Origin: an uncultured virus (IMG/VR IMGVR_UViG_3300033074_002116)
Taxonomy: Duplodnaviria; Heunggongvirae; Uroviricota; Caudoviricetes
DNA: 64,000 nucleotides
Reading direction: 5' to 3' (one strand)
Virus record (IMG/VR): IMGVR_UViG_3300033074_002116
Shown: in pieces, positions 10,098 through 18,821 of the stretch
Numbering within the stretch: the stretch's first letter is position 1
Layout: every line of letters starts with the position of its first letter
Translations under genes and position numbers: made by a program
The notes under the pieces: model-generated
What the model was told of the DNA's origin: nothing
What the model saw: only the letters and a program-made list of their open reading frames with translations
Databases searched by the model: none

Positions 10098-10269
10098 TCC
10101 TGTGGGAGAAATCTGCCGTCAGTGGCGCGGCGTGGGTCTTAGGTTGTATAAACCGAACGATCTAAACGCTGATACAGGCGAAATGGACGATCATTCAAGG
10201 CCAGTTACGATCATCGAAATTCATGGAGCGCGACTCGTTCTTAACGTTCCCAAGATGCCCACCACAGGA
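10098..10269 (+). ncRNA. Putative structured RNA between tRNA-like elements
   Basis: Closing helix TCCTGTGG 10098-10105 / CCACAGGA 10262-10269; inner GAACGA/TCGTTC pairing. Confidence 0.45.
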
Positions 10270-10276
10270 AATCAGA

Positions 10277-10365
10277 GCAACCATAGAGTAGCGGTATATC
10301 TCGCCGGCACCTAGAGCCGGGCCGGGTCGCTCCCGGTGTCGTTGGTTCAAATCCAACTGGTTGCA
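10277..10365 (+). tRNA. Type II (long variable arm) tRNA, Leu-like, with CUA (amber) anticodon
   Basis: Acceptor GCAACCA/TGGTTGC+A; D stem GAG/CTC with GG in loop; anticodon arm CCGGC-ACCTAGA-GCCGG; variable arm CCGGG-TCGCT-CCCGG; T-arm GTTGG-TTCAAAT-CCAAC. Confidence 0.8.
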
Positions 10366-10366
10366 T

Positions 10367-10452
10367 CCCCAAGTACCGAAAAAAGGGAACGGGGCACCCG
10401 GATCGCTGTATGCGGTTGGAGTTGGCACCGGGTCCATTCGGAGCCGCATACA
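10367..10452 (+). ncRNA. Structured spacer RNA with a loop E/sarcin-ricin-like hairpin and a possible pseudoknot
   Basis: CCCC-A-AGTA-CC-GAAAAAA-GG-GAA-C-GGGG; 11-bp stem 10407-10417/10442-10452; ACCCGG 10396-10401 complements loop CCGGGT 10428-10433. Confidence 0.45.
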
Positions 10453-10474
10453 AAAAATGTATTAAACAGATACC

Positions 10475-10546
10475 GTTGCGGTGGGCTAGAGGCAATGCTT
10501 GCTCGCTTGGGACGAGCAGACGCAGGTTCGATCCCTGCCCGTGACA
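10475..10546 (+). tRNA. tRNA-Pro(UGG)
   Basis: Acceptor GTTGCGG/CCGTGAC+A; anticodon arm GCTCG-CTTGGGA-CGAGC; T-arm GCAGG-TTCGATC-CCTGC. Confidence 0.85.
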
Positions 10547-10550
10547 TTTA

Positions 10551-10623
10551 AGCCCCGTAGTGTAGTGGTCAATCATGCAGGAATTTGGATCCTGCGACAT
10601 CAGTTCGAATCTGATCGGGGCTG
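10551..10623 (+). tRNA. tRNA-Gln(UUG), archaeal type (A1-U72)
   Basis: Acceptor AGCCCCG/CGGGGCT; anticodon arm CAGGA-ATTTGGA-TCCTG; T-arm ATCAG-TTCGAAT-CTGAT. Confidence 0.92.
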
Positions 10624-10629
10624 TTTGCT

Positions 10630-10776
10630 ATGACCGTTGAAAAGATCAGTATAAATTCCGACCTGAAAAAAGAGCTTGATACCTATGGCCCTGGAAGCTA
10701 TAGTGTAAAGCTTTCCAAGGTACTGGGTATTGCTAAGGGTAAAATGGTGCAATGCCCATTGTTGAAGAGAGAGTGA
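10630..10776 (+). CDS. Small ribbon-helix-helix-like protein (48 aa, not in ORF track)
   Basis: MTVEKISINSDLKKELDTYGPGSYSVKLSKVLG. Confidence 0.5.
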   Translation: MTVEKISINSDLKKELDTYGPGSYSVKLSKVLGIAKGKMVQCPLLKRE

Positions 10777-10782
10777 TGCGGA

Positions 10783-11977
10783 ATGATTAACAAAATCAAA
10801 TTGCTTTTGAAAAGACTTTGCTGGAGCGGACGATCAAAACCGCTTGAAATTAACAGGTGCGGCCCCTTTATAAAAGAAGAAGACTGTAAGAAGATAAATG
10901 AGACCACTGAGGAATATTTTACTTACACCATTATTTGTATAATTTTGGCCTATGCTGCATTCTTTGTTCCAGCATTAATTTTGGGGGATAACGTAATTCA
11001 TTTTCCCGGAATCGTTATTATGTGTTCCTCTCCCATAATAGGGGTGTTTGGTGCAATGTGGGGTTCTGCATGGACAAGATCCCGGGAGATTATTAATTTG
11101 TTAAATGGGCAAGCGGGTAAAAAGAAGTGATTAAATGGATGGGGTTATAGAATTGGGCCGGATAGTTCGTTGTAAAAAATGCCATAAGTTACTTGATGAG
11201 ATTAAATTTATTCCCTCCCAGATAAAAATGCACAAAAAAGGACTTAATGGCGTATGCAGAGAATGCCAGAGGAAAGGTTCTCAAACAAAATGGGCTGATG
11301 TCCGAAAGATAGAGACGACTGTGATGGAACGGAGAAACGGTAAAAATTATAATGCTAGGTCCGTATGTAGTTATTTAAAAGCACATCACAAGAATTTGGA
11401 AAATGATCCCAATCGTTTGACTACGCAATTTATGCAAGATCTTATTGGGAAGACAACTTGTAAAAATTTTAATGGTGAATGAAATGATCCAAATCTGGTT
11501 CCTTTCCCCCAACGGAATGCTTGAAGCGGTATTCTGCGGTAGGAGATATGAGATCGTTGCAGAAGGTGTTGATGCCCGTACATCGTTGTGGTGGTTTAGG
11601 TTCTGGAATTCTCTGGAGGGTTAACATATGGTTTTCTCATATAACGAAAATGGCCGTTTTGCCAGCGATATCTCGCGGTGTATTATCTGCGGGAGACCAA
11701 CGCGATCTGATGGTAACGATAGCTGGATTCAATTATACGGTATCCGCGTATGCGGTCCCGAACACCTGAAAATGTTTGAGGAAAAATATTATCGCTCGCT
11801 ACATACACCGGATTGGTACAAGGGGGTTGGCGTACCGTGAATTATAATAACTTAGAGCGTGATCGGGTTTTCCGAATTAAAAATTGTATTGTAGTCGAAC
11901 GAGAGCTCAGAAAAACTGCGTATGTGGGTTATTCAATTGGCGAGGTAAAAGATATTGAGAAATTGAGAATTGATTAA
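10783..11977 (+). other. Small hypothetical genes: 2-TM protein 10783-11130, Zn-finger protein 11135-11482, 11628-11840 (CxxC), 11837-11977
   Basis: ORF coupling, CxxC motifs, hydrophobic helices. Confidence 0.55.
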
Positions 11978-11984
11978 AAACCCA

Positions 11985-12219
11985 ATTCGGCGATGATCCG
12001 GCCAAAAATCCGTGGCCGGTGAGGTAGACTCGATTCCGTACCTTGACGGGGCTGCCAGGGCCTGACCGCTTTGCCGAATGGCGGCTGGTCCGAACGGTTT
12101 TACCACGATCTCATACCTCCGTGCAGATGCAGCACACACACGAGATTGCCGGGCTACCGTTGCCCTCGCGGGTCAAACCGCCTAATGCGAACGGGTAGAA
12201 GGGGCGGGGCCCGGCAATT
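11985..12219 (+). ncRNA. Putative structured non-coding RNA(s) in a GC-rich intergenic region
   Basis: Four-way junction closed by ATTCGGCGA 11985-11993 / TTGCCGAAT 12071-12079; second domain closed by an 11-bp stem 12144-12154/12209-12219. Confidence 0.5.
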
Positions 12220-12289
12220 ACCGCCTTTTGCATAATCGCGCAACGCATAAACCGATATTTTTAATACTGACCACGCATAACACTATTTC

Positions 12290-13050
12290 ATGTCAAGAGC
12301 GAAAGTAAGCAGTATGCTTCCGTACTATGTGAGGATCAAATCCTGGATTGCCGATCATAAATGCCCTTATTGCGGCACGGATAAAATCACCGTTGAAGAT
12401 GCCAGAAAAAAGGGGCGGAAACATTGCATTTGTAATGAATGCCATGCTGAGAATTACGTGAGCCCGGAGTTGCTGGAGTAAGCGGTTATGGCAGACCCAT
12501 ATGATGTTTACAATGCGCTGATTGATCTCATGTGCTCACGTTGCAGGAAAGATATTTTTCGGGAATGCACGGAACAGGATGAGGATCGCCGGTGTAAAAC
12601 CAAGATTTTGTGTATGAAGAGGATCCTTGTGCCAAACGATGAGAATTATCCGACGGAGTTGCCACATGATTGTGATTGATTATTACACTGCCGTAAGCCT
12701 TTTTCTTCTAACTATCGGCAGTGTAATAATTATCATTGGGGTTAAACAAAAATTACATATCCTGGTGGCTTTCGGGATGATACCAATATTTACCGTTGTG
12801 CTATATTGGGCGTCCCTTTTTGATGCGTGGATTTTGGAGTTGGTTTAAATTGTTATCTAAAACTCCCCATAGCCAAGACGGTAAACCCCTGTGCCCGCTC
12901 TGCGGATCTTCATCAGTAAATGAGATCTTCCCTGAAGGCGATGCACGGCACCGGCACGTATGCCTTAATCCCAAGTGTCCGGAGATATCTAGTAACAAAC
13001 AAAGGAGAGCGGCAGGGTTGCCGGTGCTGTATCCGGATGTGGAAAAATGA
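12290..13050 (+). other. Operon of small Zn-ribbon (12290-12481, 12488-12679, 12850-13050) and 2-TM (12666-12848) genes
   Basis: CPYC...CNEC and CPLC...CLNPKC motifs; upstream TATA-like TTTTTAATAC near 12258. Confidence 0.6.
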
Positions 13051-13715
13051 TCTCCTGCCACATTTCTGATAACAACTTTCCCGAGCTGAACCTTTCCACG
13101 GACTTAAAATCTATTCCAGTTTCAGATACCGGTGAGATCTACAAAATCCTACAGAAATATGCCCGGCAAACGGTTGAGTACCTATTCCTTATTACCCTAG
13201 ATTCCGAATCCAGGATAATTGCGGCACGGATCGTTTGTATTGGCGGTGAAAATGAGGGTACGGTCAGCCTGCATGAGATTACGCGGATTGCTGTGGCGGA
13301 TCGGGCTTTTGGTGTTGTCGTTGCACATAATCATCCAAGCGACGATCTAATGCCTTCTATTGCCGATGAAAAATTTGTCGGCGATTTGCGTGAACGCCTT
13401 GATGCGCTGGAGATTGAGTTTACCGATTCTATTATCATGAATGGTGAAAAGTTCCAGTCGATGTTTTCCCCGCGCAAGATTAAGGAGCGCCGAGTTTCTT
13501 TGGTGAAAGACTGGGTTATGCGACCTTTGTCTTTGCTTGCTGGAATTTTTAAGGGGTGCGGGGTTCTGACGCTTGCGCTGGCGGTTTTAATCATATACAC
13601 CCGTCAATTGATATCATCTGAAAATATGGTGATTCTAATGATTTTGATGTACCCTGCTGGATGGATTTTGGAATGCGTTGTTTCCGGGTTAGATATAATG
13701 TTGGAAAACCGTTAA
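13047..13715 (+). CDS. RadC-like JAB/MPN domain protein with two C-terminal transmembrane helices
   Basis: VEYLFLITLD, VAHNHPSDDLMPSIAD (HxH...S..D), FTDSII; hydrophobic C-terminal helices. Confidence 0.85.
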   Translation: MISCHISDNNFPELNLSTDLKSIPVSDTGEIYKILQKYARQTVEYLFLITLDSESRIIAARIVCIGGENEGTVSLHEITRIAVADRAFGVVVAHNHPSDDLMPSIADEKFVGDLRERLDALEIEFTDSIIMNGEKFQSMFSPRKIKERRVSLVKDWVMRPLSLLAGIFKGCGVLTLALAVLIIYTRQLISSENMVILMILMYPAGWILECVVSGLDIMLENR

Positions 13716-13984
13716 TGCGGCAGCCTCATATCTGGCAACCCATCAATCATAGGATTGTACTCTCTCTGCGGCGGTTTCTTTTTAATTGGTTTTATCCCTT
13801 CTTTCTTTTCCCGTGTTTCGAGCATCTTTTCAAAAACGGGTTCCAGTTTATAATAATCGGGGTGCTCTTTCAGGTGATCGCGGGCAATCTTTCTTCCGGC
13901 CCGTTCGCTTACGTGATGCTCCTTTTGCTCAATCCTGCCGCCACGATCAACTTCCTGGCGGCTTACGCGATAGGTCTTTGGCAT
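13712..13984 (-). CDS. DUF5661-like viral protein
   Basis: GGRIEQKEH...KIARDHLKEHPDYY motif. Confidence 0.65.
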   Translation of the reverse strand: MPKTYRVSRQEVDRGGRIEQKEHHVSERAGRKIARDHLKEHPDYYKLEPVFEKMLETREKKEGIKPIKKKPPQREYNPMIDGLPDMRLPH

Positions 13985-14163
13985 TATCCGCACCTTTTAT
14001 GGCAAATCGCGCTTGATATCCTTTTATTTTCTGGATCTTCCCCGGGGAACTTTGCCCGAACTGCGGGATAACAATGCGCAAGGCAGCGTTCGACTTCCGG
14101 TCCTTTTGTCGTCTTCGGGATGTTGAATCCCATGCGATGCTTGTATCCGGGTAATTCTGGCAT
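13984..14163 (-). CDS. Small basic ChaB-like protein (59 aa, not in ORF track)
   Basis: EVERCLAHCYPAVRAKFPGEDPENKRISSAICHKRCG; TAATG-coupled on both sides. Confidence 0.45.
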   Translation of the reverse strand: MPELPGYKHRMGFNIPKTTKGPEVERCLAHCYPAVRAKFPGEDPENKRISSAICHKRCG

Positions 14164-14387
14164 TATCTTCCACCCAATTGTTCTTCCCGTCTCAGTATTC
14201 TTTGGCGCTTGTTAACCCAGGATGCAGCATTGGAGGATTCTTCAAGATCAAAATTGCCTTCGATGGTTTCCCCTCTTCGGATTAAGCGTAGACCTGAGAC
14301 CTTAAGATTACTGCGATCTCTTTCTGCGTCGCGGATCCACTGTTTCTCTTTCCCCGCATTAACCCTGTGCTGCCTGCCCGGATCCAT
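14163..14387 (-). CDS. Small basic hypothetical protein
   Basis: Arg-rich ORF coupled to the downstream gene. Confidence 0.55.
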   Translation of the reverse strand: MDPGRQHRVNAGKEKQWIRDAERDRSNLKVSGLRLIRRGETIEGNFDLEESSNAASWVNKRQRILRREEQLGGR

Positions 14388-14448
14388 TGGTTATCAGAAG
14401 AGTAGTGGGAACGTAGGAAATGATATACTTTTGCAGGGGATTATTTAT

Positions 14449-14787
14449 ATGTCCCAAGGGCAATGTAATTTTATGACAGAACGGGATAATGAAATTGTAG
14501 GACTTTTGATCACTCTTTTTGCATGGATTGCGTGGAATGGTGGATATCTTAATGAAGGTATTTTGTCGGGATTCTCGAAGGGTGAATCATTTATCTTTTT
14601 GGCAGTTGTTGGATTTATACTTGTATGGAGCGTGGTCCATGCCGCGTGCTTTTTATTAGACCTTTTTGCCGGCATTGCCTACTGGTGTTGGAAAACTTTG
14701 GTGATAGATAGAGTCGAGACATTGAAATTTTTGAACTTTTGTAAAAGGAAAGCTAATGCCATTATTTCGGCGGCAATATCTGGATAA
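14449..14787 (+). CDS. Membrane protein
   Basis: Two to three hydrophobic helices. Confidence 0.55.
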   Translation: MSQGQCNFMTERDNEIVGLLITLFAWIAWNGGYLNEGILSGFSKGESFIFLAVVGFILVWSVVHAACFLLDLFAGIAYWCWKTLVIDRVETLKFLNFCKRKANAIISAAISG

Positions 14788-14814
14788 AATATTAAATCGC
14801 CTTTTTTATCTTTC

Positions 14815-15111
14815 TTATCGGTTCGATCCCCGGCCCCCAAAATTGCTGTTCCCCTTAATGATAAGGATAACAATGGCGATAAGAATTCCCGCTACAAAGA
14901 CCACCATTACTGCCATTCCCGCGGCACCCCCTGCCCCGGCCACAATGGCGGAATTGTTTGTCATCTGGTTATGGGTATTATTTGATTCGGGGGTGAGGGT
15001 GTTGCCCATGGTATCCACTACCGGATGAGAGTTGGCGCTTGACATGGCGATCAGCCCAAAAGCTGCCGCGAAGATCATTATTACCCCGATAAGAATTACC
15101 CCAACATTCAT
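14815..15111 (-). CDS. Hydrophobic hairpin protein, possible minor capsid (VP3-like) paralog
   Basis: Two hydrophobic helices separated by an Asn/Thr loop with NNT and NNS sequons; basic C-terminal tail. Confidence 0.5.
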   Translation of the reverse strand: MNVGVILIGVIMIFAAAFGLIAMSSANSHPVVDTMGNTLTPESNNTHNQMTNNSAIVAGAGGAAGMAVMVVFVAGILIAIVILIIKGNSNFGGRGSNR

Positions 15112-15619
15112 GGCTTTCTCCCCGGGCAGTTTTTCAGGATTCCCCGCGGGTTGTAAATTATTTCGAAATCACCTTTTTTATCGATAACGTTGTCGCAGCG
15201 ATGTGTTGGGGGGCAGAAGCGCGCCTCGTTAAAGGGTTGGTTGTGTGGGCAGACGAGACAGCACATTACCTCTTTGCCGTCGATGATTACCGGAACTTTG
15301 TTGCCGAACAACCAAGCCATGAGCCGGGCCCACAATGAGAGTAAGAGACCCATTATTCACCTTTTCCCCACGGCAAGATCGTTAAACCGTTGTAATGCTT
15401 CAAACCGTAACCGCTCTGCTTCTTTGTCCTTCTTTGTTTTGATAAAGGAGAATTTCTGTTTTATGTCAAACAGGGCGATCTCCGCAAATACTTTAAGAAA
15501 TGGCCGTTTCCTAATATAAATTTTAGTCTGGGCCAACGGCGGGTTTTGCTTTTCTTTTTGTAGCTGTGGCTTTCCTGTCGAAGGCTCGTTCCGCTTTACC
15601 ACTATCGGTTTTTGTGCCA

Positions 15620-16120
15620 TCAGAGGACCACCGCCAGAATAAATGCTGCTGATATCGGAAGAATCAGGGGAAACCCGCGGTCAACGTATCCGAACATCTT
15701 AATTATACTATCCTTTCTGCCTAAATAGACATTTCGGATAAAGTTGGCCAGTAAAGCCCAGACCATTACTCCGATCAGATATAACATAACGGTGACAGCC
15801 ATGCCGCCCTGATTCGGGTGAAACGGGTTCTGCACGCAGAATACCGATATGATCCAGAGGAACAGCATATCGTCCCCCTGGATATATCCGAACCGCATGA
15901 GGGCGTAATAAATAATGCAGGGAAGGATTGAGACTGCCGCGGCTTCCCATGTGTACATCCCTGTGATGTAAAAGTAAATGAATAGGGGGAGGTTTGCTGC
16001 CGCGAGAATGATCTGGTCCAGTATTGGTACCTGTCTGGATTTGAGATCGTGATAGCAGAATACCGGGATGGCGCAAAGGATTGTGGCAATGGGCCAGTAA
16101 AGGCCGTATTGTTCGATCAC
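15620..16120 (-). CDS. Prepilin peptidase (A24 family, PibD/FlaK-like aspartic peptidase)
   Basis: First Asp motif YHDLKSRQVP, GxGD-like motif GYIQGDDMLFL, C-terminal GFPLILPISAAFIL; multi-pass membrane; GTG start overlaps the upstream TGA. Confidence 0.75.
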   Translation of the reverse strand: MIEQYGLYWPIATILCAIPVFCYHDLKSRQVPILDQIILAAANLPLFIYFYITGMYTWEAAAVSILPCIIYYALMRFGYIQGDDMLFLWIISVFCVQNPFHPNQGGMAVTVMLYLIGVMVWALLANFIRNVYLGRKDSIIKMFGYVDRGFPLILPISAAFILAVVL

Positions 16121-17706
16121 TGTACCTTCCTCGTTCTCTTCGCCACTGAGATTAGCCACTTAACTAACCGATACGCCCCATACAACCCGACAAGACATAG
16201 CCCCCACATCAGATACATGATCTCGTGTTCGTTTTGCACAACTTCCTGCTGCGCCTTGACTTGCTCGTTTGATGGTGTGACTGAGACATATTGTACCGGT
16301 CCGGGCACCTGAACTGTTACGGTCTTGGTTATAACCTGCGGGGTGACAAATGGCGATGCGCCCACGTATTCGATGTACTGCGGAGGGATATAGTGCGCCG
16401 GCGGTTCTTTGTAAACGTAGAACGGAACCGTCATCGTTGCGCCTTGCGGGGAGGACACCGTGATGTAATGGTTGCCCGGGAACATGTTGCCATAATCTAC
16501 CGGTATGAGCGAGTTAAACTGCCGCCACATTCCGGGATCTGCGGTGTTTACATTCTCTGCGACAGATTTCCAGGTCTTATTCATCTTGTAGAAATACGAA
16601 CCCTGATCGATGGTAATAGTTAATGGGGTACCATTCGCTACATTAGTATACCCTCGAACGTTATACCACGTCTGATTGTCCGGATTCTGTAACGCGTCGA
16701 TGCGCATGATCTGGATTTCCGGTTCTGCATACTGCACATTCAGGGTTGTTATTGAATCGTCTATGGATTTTTTTACCATTTCCTTTAAGGCAGATTCTAC
16801 ATTCTGGGGGTTCAATCCATAGATGTTTTTAACTTCGCCATTGCGGAATGGTGATACCAGGGCAGGGTACCGGGTTGTCGTAAATTTTTCCGGTTGGTAC
16901 CCCGGATCATAGTACTCTTCGTAAATGCTGTTATTCCCGGGCGATACTTCGATCAAGTGATAGTTCCCGGTTTCCAGAGACCATTTCGGAGTTTCCAGGA
17001 CTATTGCGGATTTTGCACCCTGATCTAATATCTGTTGTTCGTTTGCATATCCAAACAACCACCAGTGCACCCCTCCCGACACTGCCTGAATTGCCAGCGT
17101 ATCCCCACGGGCAATTAAGATATCCGCTGCTTTCTTCTGGGGCAGATAGGATTCCCGTTGAGGTACCGTCGTTTTAATTTCTTGAATCGCCACTTGTTCA
17201 TGACTTTTATTTTCCGGCACCGGACAGGTCATATTGACTTTAAACATCCTGAGATTGCCTGCCCCCTCTGTTTCCCCATTGTCGTACCGCTGGTACCAAT
17301 AGCCGGTCCGATTTCCGAAGACGAATGGATCAATGTAGAAGTTCTTTAGTTTTGATGCAGTATTGGGCATATCGATTTCGTATTTTGGTGTGGCGTTTTC
17401 GGGAGAGTACGCATCGAAATAGGTTCCGTAATATGAAAGATGCGGCACCCCCCATCCCAATGAGGAGATATCTACGGTGCTATTTAGTGGAACGCAATCG
17501 CCGTTTTCAATATGCAAAGGGGCGCCATATGTCGGGAGCGGGGTTCCATTCTGGGCTTGTGTCGGGGGAATAGAATAACCCGAATAAGTCTGGTTTCCAA
17601 TAAATGTTGAGTTTATAGGTATATCGGATGAAAGGTTGATTTCTTCTGCGCAAACACTGCCGATGCAAATTGCTGAGAGAATTAAAAATAATAAAACTTT
17701 ATACAT
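16117..17706 (-). CDS. Surface glycoprotein resembling Methanomicrobiales S-layer (DUF3821-type) proteins, with C-terminal TM anchor
   Basis: Signal peptide, many N-x-S/T sequons, WWLFG and VRGYTNVANGTPLTITID motifs, Thr/Pro linker, TM plus basic tail. Confidence 0.5.
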   Translation of the reverse strand: MYKVLLFLILSAICIGSVCAEEINLSSDIPINSTFIGNQTYSGYSIPPTQAQNGTPLPTYGAPLHIENGDCVPLNSTVDISSLGWGVPHLSYYGTYFDAYSPENATPKYEIDMPNTASKLKNFYIDPFVFGNRTGYWYQRYDNGETEGAGNLRMFKVNMTCPVPENKSHEQVAIQEIKTTVPQRESYLPQKKAADILIARGDTLAIQAVSGGVHWWLFGYANEQQILDQGAKSAIVLETPKWSLETGNYHLIEVSPGNNSIYEEYYDPGYQPEKFTTTRYPALVSPFRNGEVKNIYGLNPQNVESALKEMVKKSIDDSITTLNVQYAEPEIQIMRIDALQNPDNQTWYNVRGYTNVANGTPLTITIDQGSYFYKMNKTWKSVAENVNTADPGMWRQFNSLIPVDYGNMFPGNHYITVSSPQGATMTVPFYVYKEPPAHYIPPQYIEYVGASPFVTPQVITKTVTVQVPGPVQYVSVTPSNEQVKAQQEVVQNEHEIMYLMWGLCLVGLYGAYRLVKWLISVAKRTRKVQ

Positions 17707-18821
17707 TTGGGATCACTCCTGCACGGACACCCGCAAAAATTAATTCTTCTGCGAAGATGAGCAAGGCTACTAGTCCGCATAAAAATATCAAGAGTTCCCA
17801 GTTATATTCCTTTGATGCGGTTTCGGTCATTTGTTTTCTCCCTTTATTCTTTTTAGATTTGGTTTCTTTATGGCTGTGATCCACACACACCCCATTGCAA
17901 GTGCAATAGTTAGGGCAATATAAAATCCCATTGGATCTAACCCGGCAATGCTATAGATATGGAGGCAAAATGCACATCCGATAATTACGCCAATTACTGA
18001 GATTGCCAAATTTAAAATGCTCATATTGTGCCCTTGTTTTTGTTCACTTTTCCCCGGTGTAAGAAATAGATAAACTGCCCCGATGCAGAAATGCCCATGG
18101 CTGTCCCGATGTAGATCTGTGTATAGTTCCATCCCATGTCACATATTATTTCAAATAATGCAGCGGTGACAAGGCATATGCCAAAAAGTACCCCCAGATA
18201 AAATATTACAAAACTAACACTTTCTGTTTTCACTCAATGCACCTTCTTACATTCACTGCAAATCTTTCCACACGAACCACATTTTGCCGGTTCTAAAAAA
18301 AGGCGGAGTTAATGATATGCTGCACGTCGGATTCTCACAACAATCGCCATTTTTAATTTGTTTAAGCATATCAATAATACTGGCTTCCATTACGTCGTAC
18401 ATGCTTCCTCCATAAATTGGTAATTTCCTTTATCGTCAATCCTTTCGATGTTTAACCGGTTTGCGTATAATTTTATGGCCCTCCCTGCTGCATGGCTGCT
18501 TTTGAGATTGCAGGTTTTGGCAATTGTATCGGATTTAAATTTCTTCACGCCATTTGCTTTTAGACGGACAAGCTCTGTTAATACTGAATTGGATCTTGAT
18601 CTTGTTTGTTTTCTTTTTATGAGCGCCATGATTTTAATTCACCCCGTTGCTTTAGATCCGCAGATGATTGCGCCGGTGGCTAGTGCGACTATACATAAAA
18701 TTCCTATAAGCTTACCATTATCTGTAAGGCATTTCGATAATATTGGAATTACCCCCACAAGCAAAAGCGTGCATACAAGTTGGATTAAAGATAATTTGTA
18801 CCACATTGATCTACTAATCAT
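17699..18821 (-). other. Cluster of tiny TM proteins (17699-17830, 17827-18024, 18021-18233, 18639-18821) and a wHTH-like protein (18390-18629)
   Basis: Overlapping ORFs with hydrophobic helices; FKSDTIAKTCNLKSSHAAGRAIK HTH-like segment. Confidence 0.55.

Noticed and set aside
10168..10200. Hammerhead core (CTGATA...GAAA)
   Set aside because: No stem II and no stem I pairing
10277..10365. tRNA-Pyl or an intron-containing tRNA
   Set aside because: Long variable arm and canonical D/T loops are unlike tRNA-Pyl, no pyl genes are present, and the possible bulge-helix-bulge has the wrong geometry
10366..10470. Theta/HDV-like ribozyme after the suppressor tRNA
   Set aside because: No G at the tRNA 3' junction and no P1/P3/L3 nested pseudoknot could be built
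9976..10600. ORF-track ORFs over the tRNA array, and many antisense ORFs inside large genes
   Set aside because: Shadow frames overlapping tRNAs or well-supported genes, with no protein-like motifs
12178..12207. Twister ribozyme (CCGCC-TAA-TGC...GTA-GAAGG-GGCGG)
   Set aside because: No P4/L4 inside P2, and the element order fits no known permutation
18234..18390. Programmed frameshift at a T7 run giving a Cys-rich protein
   Set aside because: Both frames give short uninformative peptides; cannot be told from chance or error without homologues
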